Of a DNA stretch of 41,808 nucleotides, positions 25,901 through 33,715 are shown piece by piece (the first letter of the stretch is position 1; the number at the start of each line of letters is the position of its first letter). The translations under genes and the position numbers were made by a program. Source of the DNA: a virus (Duplodnaviria > Caudoviricetes); the IMG/VR virus record IMGVR_UViG_3300036773_000080, positions 1-41,808 of that record. One strand, written 5' to 3'. The notes beneath the pieces were generated by a model, which saw only the letters and a list, made by a program, of their open reading frames with translations, was not told the origin of the DNA and did not search any database.

Positions 25901-27510
25901 CTTGGACAGGTATCGCCAAAAGTATGGCCGTTCTTGCCGCAAGCATGGTCATATTGGGTGCGGCAGGAGCTCTACTTACTCCAGTTGCCCCTGCTTTGCT
26001 AGCGCTTGGGGTCGCAATGCTCGCCATCGGTGGCGGGTTGGCTTTAGCTGGAGCTGGTATTGCTTTGATCGGAACCGGACTCGCCGCTATTGCCATCTCT
26101 GGCCCGATTGCAATCGGCGTCCTGGTCAAGGCCCTTATTGACTTTGCCGCAGGCGTTCCGAAAGTAGTTGCGGCATTCGTCGATAATTTCACTCAGATTG
26201 TCACCAGTATAGCCAAGGCTGCTCCACAGTTCGTTGTCGCTCTTGGCATAATCATCGCATCGATTGCAGATGCGATCGTCAAGGCCATGCCGAGTGTGGT
26301 GGCCGCTTTCGATGCTATCGTCAAGGGCGCATTGACGGCTATCGCCAACGATGCCCCAGATGTCATAAAGACCGGTTTCAATCTCCTCAAACAGCTCCTC
26401 AGTGGTATTGCCAACAATATCACTCAGGTAACTGATCAAGCTGCGGACATCATCACCAGGTTCCTCAAAGCTCTTGCCAATAAAGCAGGAGCAATTGTCA
26501 GAGCTGGCGCAGATGTCCTAGCCAGTGTCATATCCGGCATCGCCGGGAGCATCGGTAACATCATCAGCAAGGGTGCCGACGTCATCGGTGGTTTCATCAC
26601 CGGTATGGGCAACATGTTCTCCAAGATCGTCGACAAGGGCGCTGATGCTATCGCTCATGTCGTCACCGGTCTGGGTAAGGACGCGAAGACCCTCTTGAAT
26701 GCCGGTGGTAATGCGATCGGTAACTTCGTCACTGGTCTGGGTAATGGTCTGGATGACATTGTCAAAGCGGGTGTCAAAGCTGCTGGTAAGTTTATCGATA
26801 CGATAGCCAACCAGATTCCCAAGCTGGCTGATAGTGGAGCTCAGGCCATTCTGAACCTTCTGAACGGTTTGAGCGCTGGTATCAGAAAGTATGAGCCACA
26901 GATCATCAAGGCGATGTGGAATGTCGGTTGGTCGATGGTTCAGGGATTGGTAAGCGGTATCGGAAGTATCGCCGGACGGGTTCTCGACAAGATCACCGGT
27001 ATCCTGAGTGGTATTCCAGGTGCGGCCAAGAAACTTCTCGGCATCAGCTCACCTTCCAAGGTGATGGCTGATATCGGCAAGTACATAACTATGGGTCTCG
27101 CCAACGGTATCAGTGATAACGGCGATCTTCCACAGAAGTCGGTGGACGATATGGTGAGTACCATGATCGACACGATCAATGGCATTCCCGATGCACTCAC
27201 TGGTGTTGTCAATGTCGAGCCGACGATCACTCCGATTCTGGATCTGACTCAGGTCAAAGCTGGTGCTGATCAGATGAACAGTCTGCTGGCGCCCGCTCCT
27301 ATCAATCCCGTGACTTCCTCCGGGCAAGCCTCGTCTATATCTGCATTGCAATCCCCTGTCATTGCAGATGAGTCAACGCCCTCTGGTGGTTCAAAGTCAA
27401 TAACGTTCCAGCAGAACAACTATTCTCCTGAGGCGTTGTCTGAGATCGAAATCTACAGACAGACCAAGAATCAGCTGGCTATGGCGAGGAATGTTCTTGC
27501 ACCGGTGTAA
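22918..27510 (+). CDS. tape measure protein
   Basis: 1530 aa, Ala/Gly-rich and helical; tape-measure domain (YANKTVYNF...QLSQAIAAG.V.LQDWNS); C-terminal GISSPSKV. Confidence 0.95.
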   Translation: MANVDDKVVAMSFESSKFESGVNGTIAALSRLKASLSFSGSSKGLAELDSQANQVDLSHISKSVDAIRSKFSALSVVAITALANIATQAISAGARFVKSFTLDPLIAGFHNYETQINAVQTILANTGLKGKAGLNQVNDALQQLNTYANKTVYNFSEMAKNVGTFTAAGVGLKTSVESIKGIANLAALSGSSSEQASSAMYQLSQAIAAGRVKLQDWNSVVNAGIGGKVFQKALFTTGETFGTIKNAKLGETFDQWTKAGNTFRGSLQSGWLTSKVLTTTLKGFTGDLSASQLKAEGFSAKQIADIQQIGKTANAAATNIKTMSQLTQALKEEVATAWAAVFKTVFGNIGQATSLFSKVHTVAENALTKPIYNLNKLLEGWAQLGGRAKLIDAAKTAFKDLGAVMAPIKDAFREIFPASTAKNLYNMTVSLDNFMHSLKPSAATVDGLKHTFAGLFAIFDIGKQIVSGIFTVFGEVFKSLSGGTGSVLKLTGNVGDIIVAFDQWLKRGDRLHNFFVTLGKDIAAPLRVLNNLRLAIVGAFAGITGNASAGFSKALGGVTGALPPLQKGLEGAQKVWDRFTSSFSGIGQSLQPAVQAIVKLFGQLGNDISNAVQHMNFQSINQALRTGLLGGIYLVVKKFFSGTFAKGIGGGILSNISESFESLSGSLKALQANIKANTLLKIAAAVGILAAAVVALSLIDPKRMNAAMSALAIGFGELLGAMKILTTISGATGFIKVPVIAASLVILATAIDVLVIAVKQLSGLSWEQLAKGLGAVGALLVGITRVVEPLSRNSAGMITAGLGITAIAVAMKILASAVASFGSLSWDEIGKGLTAVAVALGSIGAASKLFPAGMVQIGLGLIGVATGLKILASAVGSFGNMNWSTIAKGIGSIAASMVAIALAMKLMPPGMALQAAGLVIVGLALQGIAKAVGSFGGMSLGTLAKGIGTLAASLGILAIGLTAMTGTLAGSAALALAAAGLALLAPAIAILGRQSWTGIAKSMAVLAASMVILGAAGALLTPVAPALLALGVAMLAIGGGLALAGAGIALIGTGLAAIAISGPIAIGVLVKALIDFAAGVPKVVAAFVDNFTQIVTSIAKAAPQFVVALGIIIASIADAIVKAMPSVVAAFDAIVKGALTAIANDAPDVIKTGFNLLKQLLSGIANNITQVTDQAADIITRFLKALANKAGAIVRAGADVLASVISGIAGSIGNIISKGADVIGGFITGMGNMFSKIVDKGADAIAHVVTGLGKDAKTLLNAGGNAIGNFVTGLGNGLDDIVKAGVKAAGKFIDTIANQIPKLADSGAQAILNLLNGLSAGIRKYEPQIIKAMWNVGWSMVQGLVSGIGSIAGRVLDKITGILSGIPGAAKKLLGISSPSKVMADIGKYITMGLANGISDNGDLPQKSVDDMVSTMIDTINGIPDALTGVVNVEPTITPILDLTQVKAGADQMNSLLAPAPINPVTSSGQASSISALQSPVIADESTPSGGSKSITFQQNNYSPEALSEIEIYRQTKNQLAMARNVLAPV

Positions 27511-27513
27511 GAG

Positions 27514-27553
27514 GCTGGGGGCTCCTGGCGCTCCTTCGGGAGTCCCCAGTTTT
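27514..27553 (+). terminator. terminator-like hairpin between tape measure and Dit genes
   Basis: GCTGGGGGCTCCT / GGGAGTCCCCAGT followed by TTT; inner GCTCC-TTCG-GGAGT. Confidence 0.6.
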
Positions 27554-27581
27554 ATATTTGCGAATGGAGGCATAAACCGCT

Positions 27582-28427
27582 GTGTTGACACAAGTCAAGG
27601 CTTACAGCTCGCTGCCTGCTCCTCCAACTCTTTTGTTGGATGAGAACGGTCGTGAGGAAACAGATCTGATCCAAGTTCGTGATATTCAGGGGCTTGATCC
27701 GGTCAAGGCCACCGTCAGCACAACGAACTACGGCTCTGTTGACGGAGCGGCTTTTACCGGTGCGGGTGTATCCACCAGGAACATCGTCCTGACGCTTCAT
27801 CCAAATCCAGACTGGAAGACCTGGACATATGAGAGTCTTCGCCGGTTGGTGTATTCATATTTTATGCCGAAACTTCCGGTTCGCTTGGTGTTCTATAGCG
27901 ACGATATTTCCCCGGTGGAGATTTCTGGCATAGTCGAATCATGTGTCGCTAATCCATTTGTCAAGGATGTCGAGATGGTCGTCTCGATCATCTGCCCAGA
28001 TCCATATTTCACTGATCTCAATCCGACAGTGATCACAGGTAATTCGAGCGATGGAACCGTACCTACTGAGATCCAGTACGACGGTGACATTGAGGCAGCC
28101 ATCCAAGTCGAGGTTACGAGAGTAGCAGATCCTGCTCCTACCACGATTGGGATTCAGATCGGCGATCCGGCTTTGTCATATTTCAACGTCATCGGTGCCA
28201 CAGTCAATGCGAACATGTATTTTATCATGAGCTCGCAGCCAGGACAGAAATATGTGCAGAACGTTCAAGCTGGCTCCGGCGTCATCACCAATCTTCTCAA
28301 CCTCATGCAAAGAGGTTCAAGTTGGCCCAAGCTGCAACCTGGGTCGAATGACTTCTCGGTGATCACGGATCACCCGGGCAATCAGTTCTGGACACTTACT
28401 TATTACACTCGTCGAGGGGGGTTGTAA
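27582..28427 (+). CDS. distal tail protein (Dit)
   Basis: First gene after the tape measure; IQGLDP...DG.....RNIVL...ICPDPYF...LQPGSN. Confidence 0.8.
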   Translation: MLTQVKAYSSLPAPPTLLLDENGREETDLIQVRDIQGLDPVKATVSTTNYGSVDGAAFTGAGVSTRNIVLTLHPNPDWKTWTYESLRRLVYSYFMPKLPVRLVFYSDDISPVEISGIVESCVANPFVKDVEMVVSIICPDPYFTDLNPTVITGNSSDGTVPTEIQYDGDIEAAIQVEVTRVADPAPTTIGIQIGDPALSYFNVIGATVNANMYFIMSSQPGQKYVQNVQAGSGVITNLLNLMQRGSSWPKLQPGSNDFSVITDHPGNQFWTLTYYTRRGGL

Positions 28428-29549
28428 GTGGAACTCTATACCCTCGATCGTAAGTTCATCAGGCAGATGCCCATCGACACCTTCGATTCGGCCATCTGGA
28501 CAGAAAGATATTACGGCAACGGAGATCTTACCCTGGTTGTTCCCGCTGATCCGGGATATTTGCAGGCACTTATCCCAGGTACGTTCGTAGCGGAAGAGGA
28601 TTCCAATGAGGTCATGCTCCTCGAGACGTATGACATCAAGGATGGAGCACTCAAAGTTACTGGACAAAGTCTTCTGCCCTTCCTCAATAACCGGTTTCTC
28701 AGGGTCACAGCAGCGCATGAAGATCAGTACTGGACGATCCAAGGCCAGACTCCAGGTCAGATGCTTTGGGATATCGTCTATTACATGTGTGTAGCCGGTA
28801 GCCCGTATCTTATACCCGCGGGTTCACCTATGGGTATCGTCAATGCCGACAGACTAGCTATTCCGGGTCTCGGCGCTGGATCGATGGATTTCTCCGGTAC
28901 GCCGACCACTATTGCCATACCTTATGGGCCGGTCTATGACGCCTTGACGAGTATAGCCACTACGGATCAGATGGGAATGAAGATCATTCTCGATCATGCT
29001 GATGCGAATGGATATTCTCTTCTGTTCACGACCCATCGTGGCCTGGACAGAACAAGCACACAGACTGTCAATCCTGCAGTTCGATTCTCATCAGAGTTTG
29101 ATTCTCTCACTGGTATCGAGGAACTTCAATCGATGACCAGTTACAAGAATCTCGCATATTCGTTCGCACCTTCGAATCCCAATGGCCTGGCTGGAGCTCC
29201 CGGAGCTGACGATGCCACAGGCGCGTCCACAGGGTTTGATCTACGTGCGACCATGACGTTCGAGAATGACATCACCACAGATCAAGTGGGAAACGATCCC
29301 AACGTGTTGCTGAGCATTCTGAACAGCCGGGCTCTCGCCGCTGTCAACAACGCGAAGTTCGTCAAGACAGTCGACGGTGAGATCACTCCTCTCAGCCAGT
29401 TTCAATATGGCGTCCATTACAACATGGGCGATATTGTCGAAATGCAGGGGAACAGCGGGACCGTACAACGGGCTCGCATTACCGAGTTCATCCGGTCACA
29501 TGATAATACGGGGGAGCGGTCTTATCCGACGGTGGCGGTGATTGATTAG
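28428..29549 (+). CDS. baseplate hub / Tal-like minor tail protein (siphovirus Gp37-like)
   Basis: FDSAIWTERYYGNGD...GLDRT...FS...YGVHYNMGDIV...RITE pattern and position after Dit. Confidence 0.75.
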   Translation: MELYTLDRKFIRQMPIDTFDSAIWTERYYGNGDLTLVVPADPGYLQALIPGTFVAEEDSNEVMLLETYDIKDGALKVTGQSLLPFLNNRFLRVTAAHEDQYWTIQGQTPGQMLWDIVYYMCVAGSPYLIPAGSPMGIVNADRLAIPGLGAGSMDFSGTPTTIAIPYGPVYDALTSIATTDQMGMKIILDHADANGYSLLFTTHRGLDRTSTQTVNPAVRFSSEFDSLTGIEELQSMTSYKNLAYSFAPSNPNGLAGAPGADDATGASTGFDLRATMTFENDITTDQVGNDPNVLLSILNSRALAAVNNAKFVKTVDGEITPLSQFQYGVHYNMGDIVEMQGNSGTVQRARITEFIRSHDNTGERSYPTVAVID

Positions 29550-29560
29550 AAAGGAGGTGA

Positions 29561-29920
29561 GTGTTGTATCCAGTGCTTATTGTCTTTGCTGATGAAACCA
29601 GCCTACCTCTTGCTGCAGCGATTATCGCAGCAATTCTCGGTCCTGTCGGTGCATATTTGGTCTCTGCACGCAAGATGTCGGGAAAGATCGGTACCAGTGA
29701 CGCCGAGCAACTGTGGGCTGAGAGCAAAGCAATACGTGACTGGTCTTCAAATCAATTGGCATCACAGACTCAAGAAATCCAGGAATTGAGAGTAGAACTG
29801 GGGAGGCTCGCAAACAGATGCAGTATTCTCGAAGAGGAAAACACCAAACTTAGAGAACAGCTGGATGATGCTCATGAACATATTTCACGACTCGAAGGAG
29901 GCGGTGTAGGTGGAAGATGA
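29561..29920 (+). CDS. membrane-anchored coiled-coil protein (possible lysis accessory)
   Basis: SD AAGGAGGTGA; N-terminal TM helix, then a heptad-rich region. Confidence 0.7.
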   Translation: MLYPVLIVFADETSLPLAAAIIAAILGPVGAYLVSARKMSGKIGTSDAEQLWAESKAIRDWSSNQLASQTQEIQELRVELGRLANRCSILEEENTKLREQLDDAHEHISRLEGGGVGGR

Positions 29921-30287
29921 TCCGGCACCCCGTCGGAGAGCCAGTGATCTAGTTCCCGAACATACTCCGGAACCCATCCCGATCGTTGCCGGGAAGACAC
30001 TAGACGCAGCGAAGGAAATCAAGCGCACGTTGAGGGGGTTGGTCATAGCCACGCTTGTTCTGTACCTGGTTATGGTGGGACTTGGGCTCTATGTGTTGAA
30101 AACTTCGAATAGTGCCACAAAAGCTCTCTGTTCAGTTCGTCTGGAATCGCAAAAGCGAGTCGAAGAAGGCTCAGTCTTTCTCAAAGAGCACCCCAATGGC
30201 TTCGCTGGGATAGCTCCAGGCAATCTGAAGAGAAGCATCAGGGATTCCCAAGACACCGTCGACGCTTTAAGCGGATTGGATTGCTAA
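29910..30287 (+). CDS. single-TM membrane protein
   Basis: LVIATLVLYLVMVGLGLYVL helix; two Cys in the C-terminal part. Confidence 0.7.
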   Translation: MEDDPAPRRRASDLVPEHTPEPIPIVAGKTLDAAKEIKRTLRGLVIATLVLYLVMVGLGLYVLKTSNSATKALCSVRLESQKRVEEGSVFLKEHPNGFAGIAPGNLKRSIRDSQDTVDALSGLDC

Positions 30288-30719
30288 ATGTCTGCAACAA
30301 CACCAACGGCACCCGAGAACAAGCCATTGCTCAGCGATGAGCTCTACCAGATCCTCGAGGCATTGGCCACACTCATCCTGCCCGCCCTGGGCACATTATA
30401 TGCCGCCTTGGCGATCATCTGGGGTTTGCCCGCAGGTGACAAGGTGATCGGAAGCATCGTCGCCATCGACACCTTTCTGGGGGTGGTCGTCAAGCTCGGC
30501 GAGAAGTCGTACAAGACCAGTGGCGCCAAATATGACGGTGCCATCAACGTGCTGGACACCGCCAACAAGACGACGTTCTCTCTGGAGCTCAACGGCGATC
30601 CCAACGAGCTCAAGAACAAGGACGAGATCACCTTCAAGGTCAACACGCCCCCGCCTACTCCAGCCATCCCTCCGACGGTGTTAGTTCCCCAATCGACACC
30701 TGCTCCGCCATCGCAATAG
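30288..30719 (+). CDS. holin (Dp-1-like family)
   Basis: LSDELYQIL...LILPALGTLYAALAIIWGLP...VIGSIVAIDTFLG two-TM pattern. Confidence 0.8.
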   Translation: MSATTPTAPENKPLLSDELYQILEALATLILPALGTLYAALAIIWGLPAGDKVIGSIVAIDTFLGVVVKLGEKSYKTSGAKYDGAINVLDTANKTTFSLELNGDPNELKNKDEITFKVNTPPPTPAIPPTVLVPQSTPAPPSQ

Positions 30720-30735
30720 AAACATAGCTTATAGT
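30711..30735 (+). promoter_or_regulatory. phage promoter-like motif TCGCA-N14-TATAGT
   Basis: tcgca atagaaacatagct tatagt, followed by SD AAGGAG and ATG 30758. Confidence 0.65.
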
Positions 30736-30757
30736 GAGACCTACTATAAGGAGCGTT

Positions 30758-31039
30758 ATGTTTCCTCGAGCGAAAGCCCAGACTCGCCTCGAAGTCGCAA
30801 TCGACAGAGCGTTGATTGAGCTGGAGACCAAAGATGTAGCCTCAGCCGAATATAAAACTATTTTGGAGCGCGTTGAAACGCTGTACGAAGTCAGGAAGAC
30901 CGACAAACCTGATCGCGTAAGCGCAGACAACCTCGCCACGATAAGTGCCAATTTGGTTGGGATCATCCTAATCATCCGCCATGAGCACGTGAACGTGATT
31001 ACGTCACGAGCGATGGGACTGGTAACCAAACTCAGGTAG
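30758..31039 (+). CDS. small membrane protein
   Basis: SD AAGGAG then ATG 30758; C-terminal ANLVGIILIIRHE..VITSRA; has its own promoter motif and terminator. Confidence 0.75.
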   Translation: MFPRAKAQTRLEVAIDRALIELETKDVASAEYKTILERVETLYEVRKTDKPDRVSADNLATISANLVGIILIIRHEHVNVITSRAMGLVTKLR

Positions 31040-31061
31040 CACAAACTTGATAGAAGTCGAA

Positions 31062-31096
31062 ATGTAGGGGATCGTAAAAACATCCCCTATATTTTT
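31062..31096 (+). terminator. intrinsic terminator
   Basis: ATGTAGGGGAT / ATCCCCTATAT followed by a T-tract. Confidence 0.8.
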
Positions 31097-31137
31097 GTCT
31101 GGCTAAAAAACCCCGGGGGGAAATTTTGGAATTTACC

Positions 31138-31162
31138 TCGCAGAAAAATCGTGGCATATAAT
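31138..31162 (+). promoter_or_regulatory. phage promoter-like motif TCGCA-N14-TATAAT
   Basis: tcgca gaaaaatcgtggca tataat at the head of the early gene block. Confidence 0.7.
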
Positions 31163-31252
31163 GAGAAGGAAGTAGTGCAACACGAATGTAGTTGCTTAAG
31201 TGCAACCGCTTCCAGAACAGTTCGATGCTCGTTCTGGACCTTCTCTTTTTTT
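31163..31252 (+). ncRNA. putative ~90-nt small RNA / attenuator leader
   Basis: GAGAAGG (31163-69) / CCTTCTC (31239-45) closes hairpins GCAAC/GTTGC and TCCAGAAC/GTTCTGGA; ends in T7. Confidence 0.5.
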
Positions 31253-31275
31253 CTTTGTCTAGCTCGGAGGTTCTG

Positions 31276-31455
31276 TTGTTCAAGAACAAGTCGCTCGTGG
31301 TGAAGATGGTCAATAACAGCGAGCAGCAAACTCAGGCGCCTTCGGAGCCTATCGATCCGTCCGATATCGTCACCAGCGTCACCATTGGCGTGTGCACGAT
31401 CATCGGTTTCTATATGCTGGCCGATACTTGTCGGCAGCTCATTATCAATCCGTAG
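31276..31455 (+). CDS. 59-aa membrane protein
   Basis: SD GGAGG 31266-70 then TTG 31276; C-terminal hydrophobic helix. Confidence 0.65.
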   Translation: MFKNKSLVVKMVNNSEQQTQAPSEPIDPSDIVTSVTIGVCTIIGFYMLADTCRQLIINP

Positions 31456-31470
31456 TGAAAGGATAATCTC

Positions 31471-31581
31471 ATGCGTAAGCGTTATGGTTTCATGAATTTC
31501 GTCGGCGACATCATCATGTGCTGCATCACCGGCGGTCTGTGGCTGATCTGGATCTTCGTGAGGGAAATGAGGGCTCGTTGA
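31471..31581 (+). CDS. 36-aa membrane protein (absent from ORF track)
   Basis: SD AAAGGA; MRKRYGFMNFVGDIIMCCITGGLWLIWIFVREMRAR with a TGGLWLIW motif. Confidence 0.7.
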   Translation: MRKRYGFMNFVGDIIMCCITGGLWLIWIFVREMRAR

Positions 31582-31817
31582 GCGCACAGTGGTGGGGTTT
31601 GGCAGGAGGTCTTCTGGCGGGCTTCCTGTGGTCTCTGTTGTTCGCCAGGATGTTCCAGCGATGGCTGGATCGACGCATGGATAAGAAATTCCTGCGTATG
31701 GTGCAAGTTCGATTCCCCAATGGCAAAGTGATCGAGTCTATTTCTGTGTCTAGCTCGGACAAAGAGGCCATGGCAAATGTGGAAAGGCGGTTGAGGGATG
31801 CTTCAAGATCTCTTTGA
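31578..31817 (+). CDS. 79-aa membrane-anchored protein
   Basis: TTG 31578 overlaps the previous stop (TTGA); N-terminal TM WWGLAGGLLAGFLWSLLF. Confidence 0.65.
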   Translation: MSAQWWGLAGGLLAGFLWSLLFARMFQRWLDRRMDKKFLRMVQVRFPNGKVIESISVSSSDKEAMANVERRLRDASRSL

Positions 31818-32571
31818 GAAGATCGCGGTCAAAATGCCGGATGTAAGTACTCCGACGCTCTTGACGAGTTTTGGGGTGACCGGGGTGTTCTCGACCGCTT
31901 ATTTGGCCAGTCGTGCATCGTTCAAGGCGGCTCGATTGATCGATCAGGAACAGGGAGAGCGAGATGGCGTTGGCGCAGCACCACTGCTGACCCAGAAAGA
32001 GAAGGCCAAGCTCGTCTGGGCGATGTATCTGCCTGCGGCAACAGTAGGCACTATTACTATCGCCGCCGTTGTTCTGGCCAACCACGAGGCCTCGAAGAAG
32101 ATCGCCGCTCTGACGATTGCCTCGAGTATCTCGGAGCGAGCCTTCCAGGAGTACAAGGAGAAGGTTCTGCTACGGGTGGGTCAGAATAAGGAGACGGCCA
32201 TTCGAGACGAGATCGCTCAGGATCGTGTCACGGCCCATCCGGTTCACACCCGAGAAGTGATCCTCGCTGGGACCGGTGAGGTGCTGTGCTTCGACGTATT
32301 GACTGGTCGATATTTCCAGAGCAGTGTTCAGGAGATTCGCCAGGCAGAAGTAAAAGTGAATCATGACATCATGAATCACATGTACGCCAGTCTGAGCTCG
32401 TTCTACGACGAGATCGGGTTGGCTCCCACGCCATATTCCGATGAAGTTGGTTGGAATGTGAACGACCTCGTGACAGTTGAGTTCTCGACTGTCCTCAGCA
32501 CGGATGAGCGTCCGTGTATCTCTATCGATTTCATGGTCCACCCGAAAGCGGACTATACGAACCTCTACTGA
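31798..32571 (+). CDS. DUF6353-like phage protein, paralog 1
   Basis: Hydrophobic N-terminal hairpin; C-terminal SLSSFYDEIGL...VGW; paralog of 34523-35440. Family name is from recall. Confidence 0.7.
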   Translation: MLQDLFEKIAVKMPDVSTPTLLTSFGVTGVFSTAYLASRASFKAARLIDQEQGERDGVGAAPLLTQKEKAKLVWAMYLPAATVGTITIAAVVLANHEASKKIAALTIASSISERAFQEYKEKVLLRVGQNKETAIRDEIAQDRVTAHPVHTREVILAGTGEVLCFDVLTGRYFQSSVQEIRQAEVKVNHDIMNHMYASLSSFYDEIGLAPTPYSDEVGWNVNDLVTVEFSTVLSTDERPCISIDFMVHPKADYTNLY

Positions 32572-32578
32572 AACGATT

Positions 32579-32755
32579 ATGAAGAATCCTCGTATCAAGT
32601 GCAACTGCCCGATGTCTCTCCGCGACGTCATGTCTCCCAGGACGGATGACGAGTATGGGGAGCATCACTCAATCGCCTGCCCGCTGTATCGAAAGGACAC
32701 CATTGCTCAAGAAAACCCTCACGTACACCAACTTCAACGAGGAGGACGTGACTGA
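32579..32755 (+). CDS. small Cys/His protein (CxC...HxxxC)
   Basis: ATG 32579 fills the gap after 32571; MKNPRIKCNCP...EHHSIACPLY. Confidence 0.5.
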   Translation: MKNPRIKCNCPMSLRDVMSPRTDDEYGEHHSIACPLYRKDTIAQENPHVHQLQRGGRD

Positions 32756-33263
32756 GACGTTCTTCTTCAATCTCTCCAAGGCGGAGTTGATCGAGCTCGA
32801 GTTGTCACACAAAGACGGCCTTTCGGAGTCTCTGAAGAGGATCGCCGCTTCTGAGGACGGCAAGCTGATCATCGCCGAGATGAAGAATCTCATCCTCAAG
32901 TCGTACGGTGAGAAGTCTCCTGACGGCAAGCGGTTCATCAAGAACCAGCGGTTGCGCGATGAGTTCGAATCGTCCGAGGCCTATTCCGAGCTGTTCATGG
33001 AACTGGTCACGGACGCCGACGCCGCGGTGGCCTTCGTCCAGGGGATCATCCCCAAGGGAATGGCCGACGTGACGGAGGAGGTCGCTTCGCCAAGTACGGA
33101 GCAGACGACCTTCGACAAGGCTCGGATGAAGATGGTTCCCTCATCCGAATCTCAGACCATCATCGAGAAGATGACCAGAAAGGATTTCGAGGAGCTGGAT
33201 AGCGATCAGTTCCTGGAAGCGGCAGACAAACTCCGTCGCGGGACGCTCGAAATCACTGAGTAA
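32703..33263 (+). CDS. hypothetical phage protein
   Basis: SD AAAGGA then TTG 32703; MLKKTLTYTNFN...FNLSKAEL...SYGEKSPDGKRFIK...SEAYSELF. Confidence 0.8.
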   Translation: MLKKTLTYTNFNEEDVTETFFFNLSKAELIELELSHKDGLSESLKRIAASEDGKLIIAEMKNLILKSYGEKSPDGKRFIKNQRLRDEFESSEAYSELFMELVTDADAAVAFVQGIIPKGMADVTEEVASPSTEQTTFDKARMKMVPSSESQTIIEKMTRKDFEELDSDQFLEAADKLRRGTLEITE

Positions 33264-33344
33264 GTTCTAAATAGTCGCCCCCAGCATTATGGCGGCTAAA
33301 TGAAACGAGATATACAATAACAGGGCAAAAATCTCGTTTACTCC

Positions 33345-33369
33345 TCGCGAAGAAAACAGTGGGTATAAT
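33345..33369 (+). promoter_or_regulatory. phage promoter-like motif TCGCG-N14-TATAAT
   Basis: tcgcg aagaaaacagtggg tataat, followed by SD AGGAG and ATG 33398. Confidence 0.7.
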
Positions 33370-33397
33370 AGAACCCACACTATCTTTAGGAGTTATT

Positions 33398-33649
33398 ATG
33401 TCTGATAAACTGTTCATCGCCAAGATGATCGTCAGGACCGTTGTTGGGGTCAGTACCTCTAAGGTGGCTCACGACATCATCGTGAACAACACCACTGTCG
33501 AGACCGGAGCGGATGCCGCAAAGGTCTGGATTGGTGGAGTTGTGATCGGAAGCATTGTCGCCGAGCATGCCAAGGAGTTCACTGAGACCAAGATCGAGAA
33601 CGCGATCAACTGGTACGACGAACGGAAAGTCGACAAGACTGCCGCGTAG
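33398..33649 (+). CDS. 83-aa hypothetical protein
   Basis: SD TAGGAG then ATG 33398; single-gene cassette with its own promoter motif and terminator. Confidence 0.75.
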   Translation: MSDKLFIAKMIVRTVVGVSTSKVAHDIIVNNTTVETGADAAKVWIGGVVIGSIVAEHAKEFTETKIENAINWYDERKVDKTAA

Positions 33650-33655
33650 TGAACC

Positions 33656-33700
33656 AAGAGTTAGGAATCCAAACATGGATTCTTAACTTTTCTCTTTTTT
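33656..33700 (+). terminator. intrinsic terminator
   Basis: AAGAGTTAGGAATCCA-aaca-TGGATTCTTAACTTTT followed by CTCTTTTTT. Confidence 0.8.
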
Positions 33701-33715
33701 CCGACCAAGGAACAT

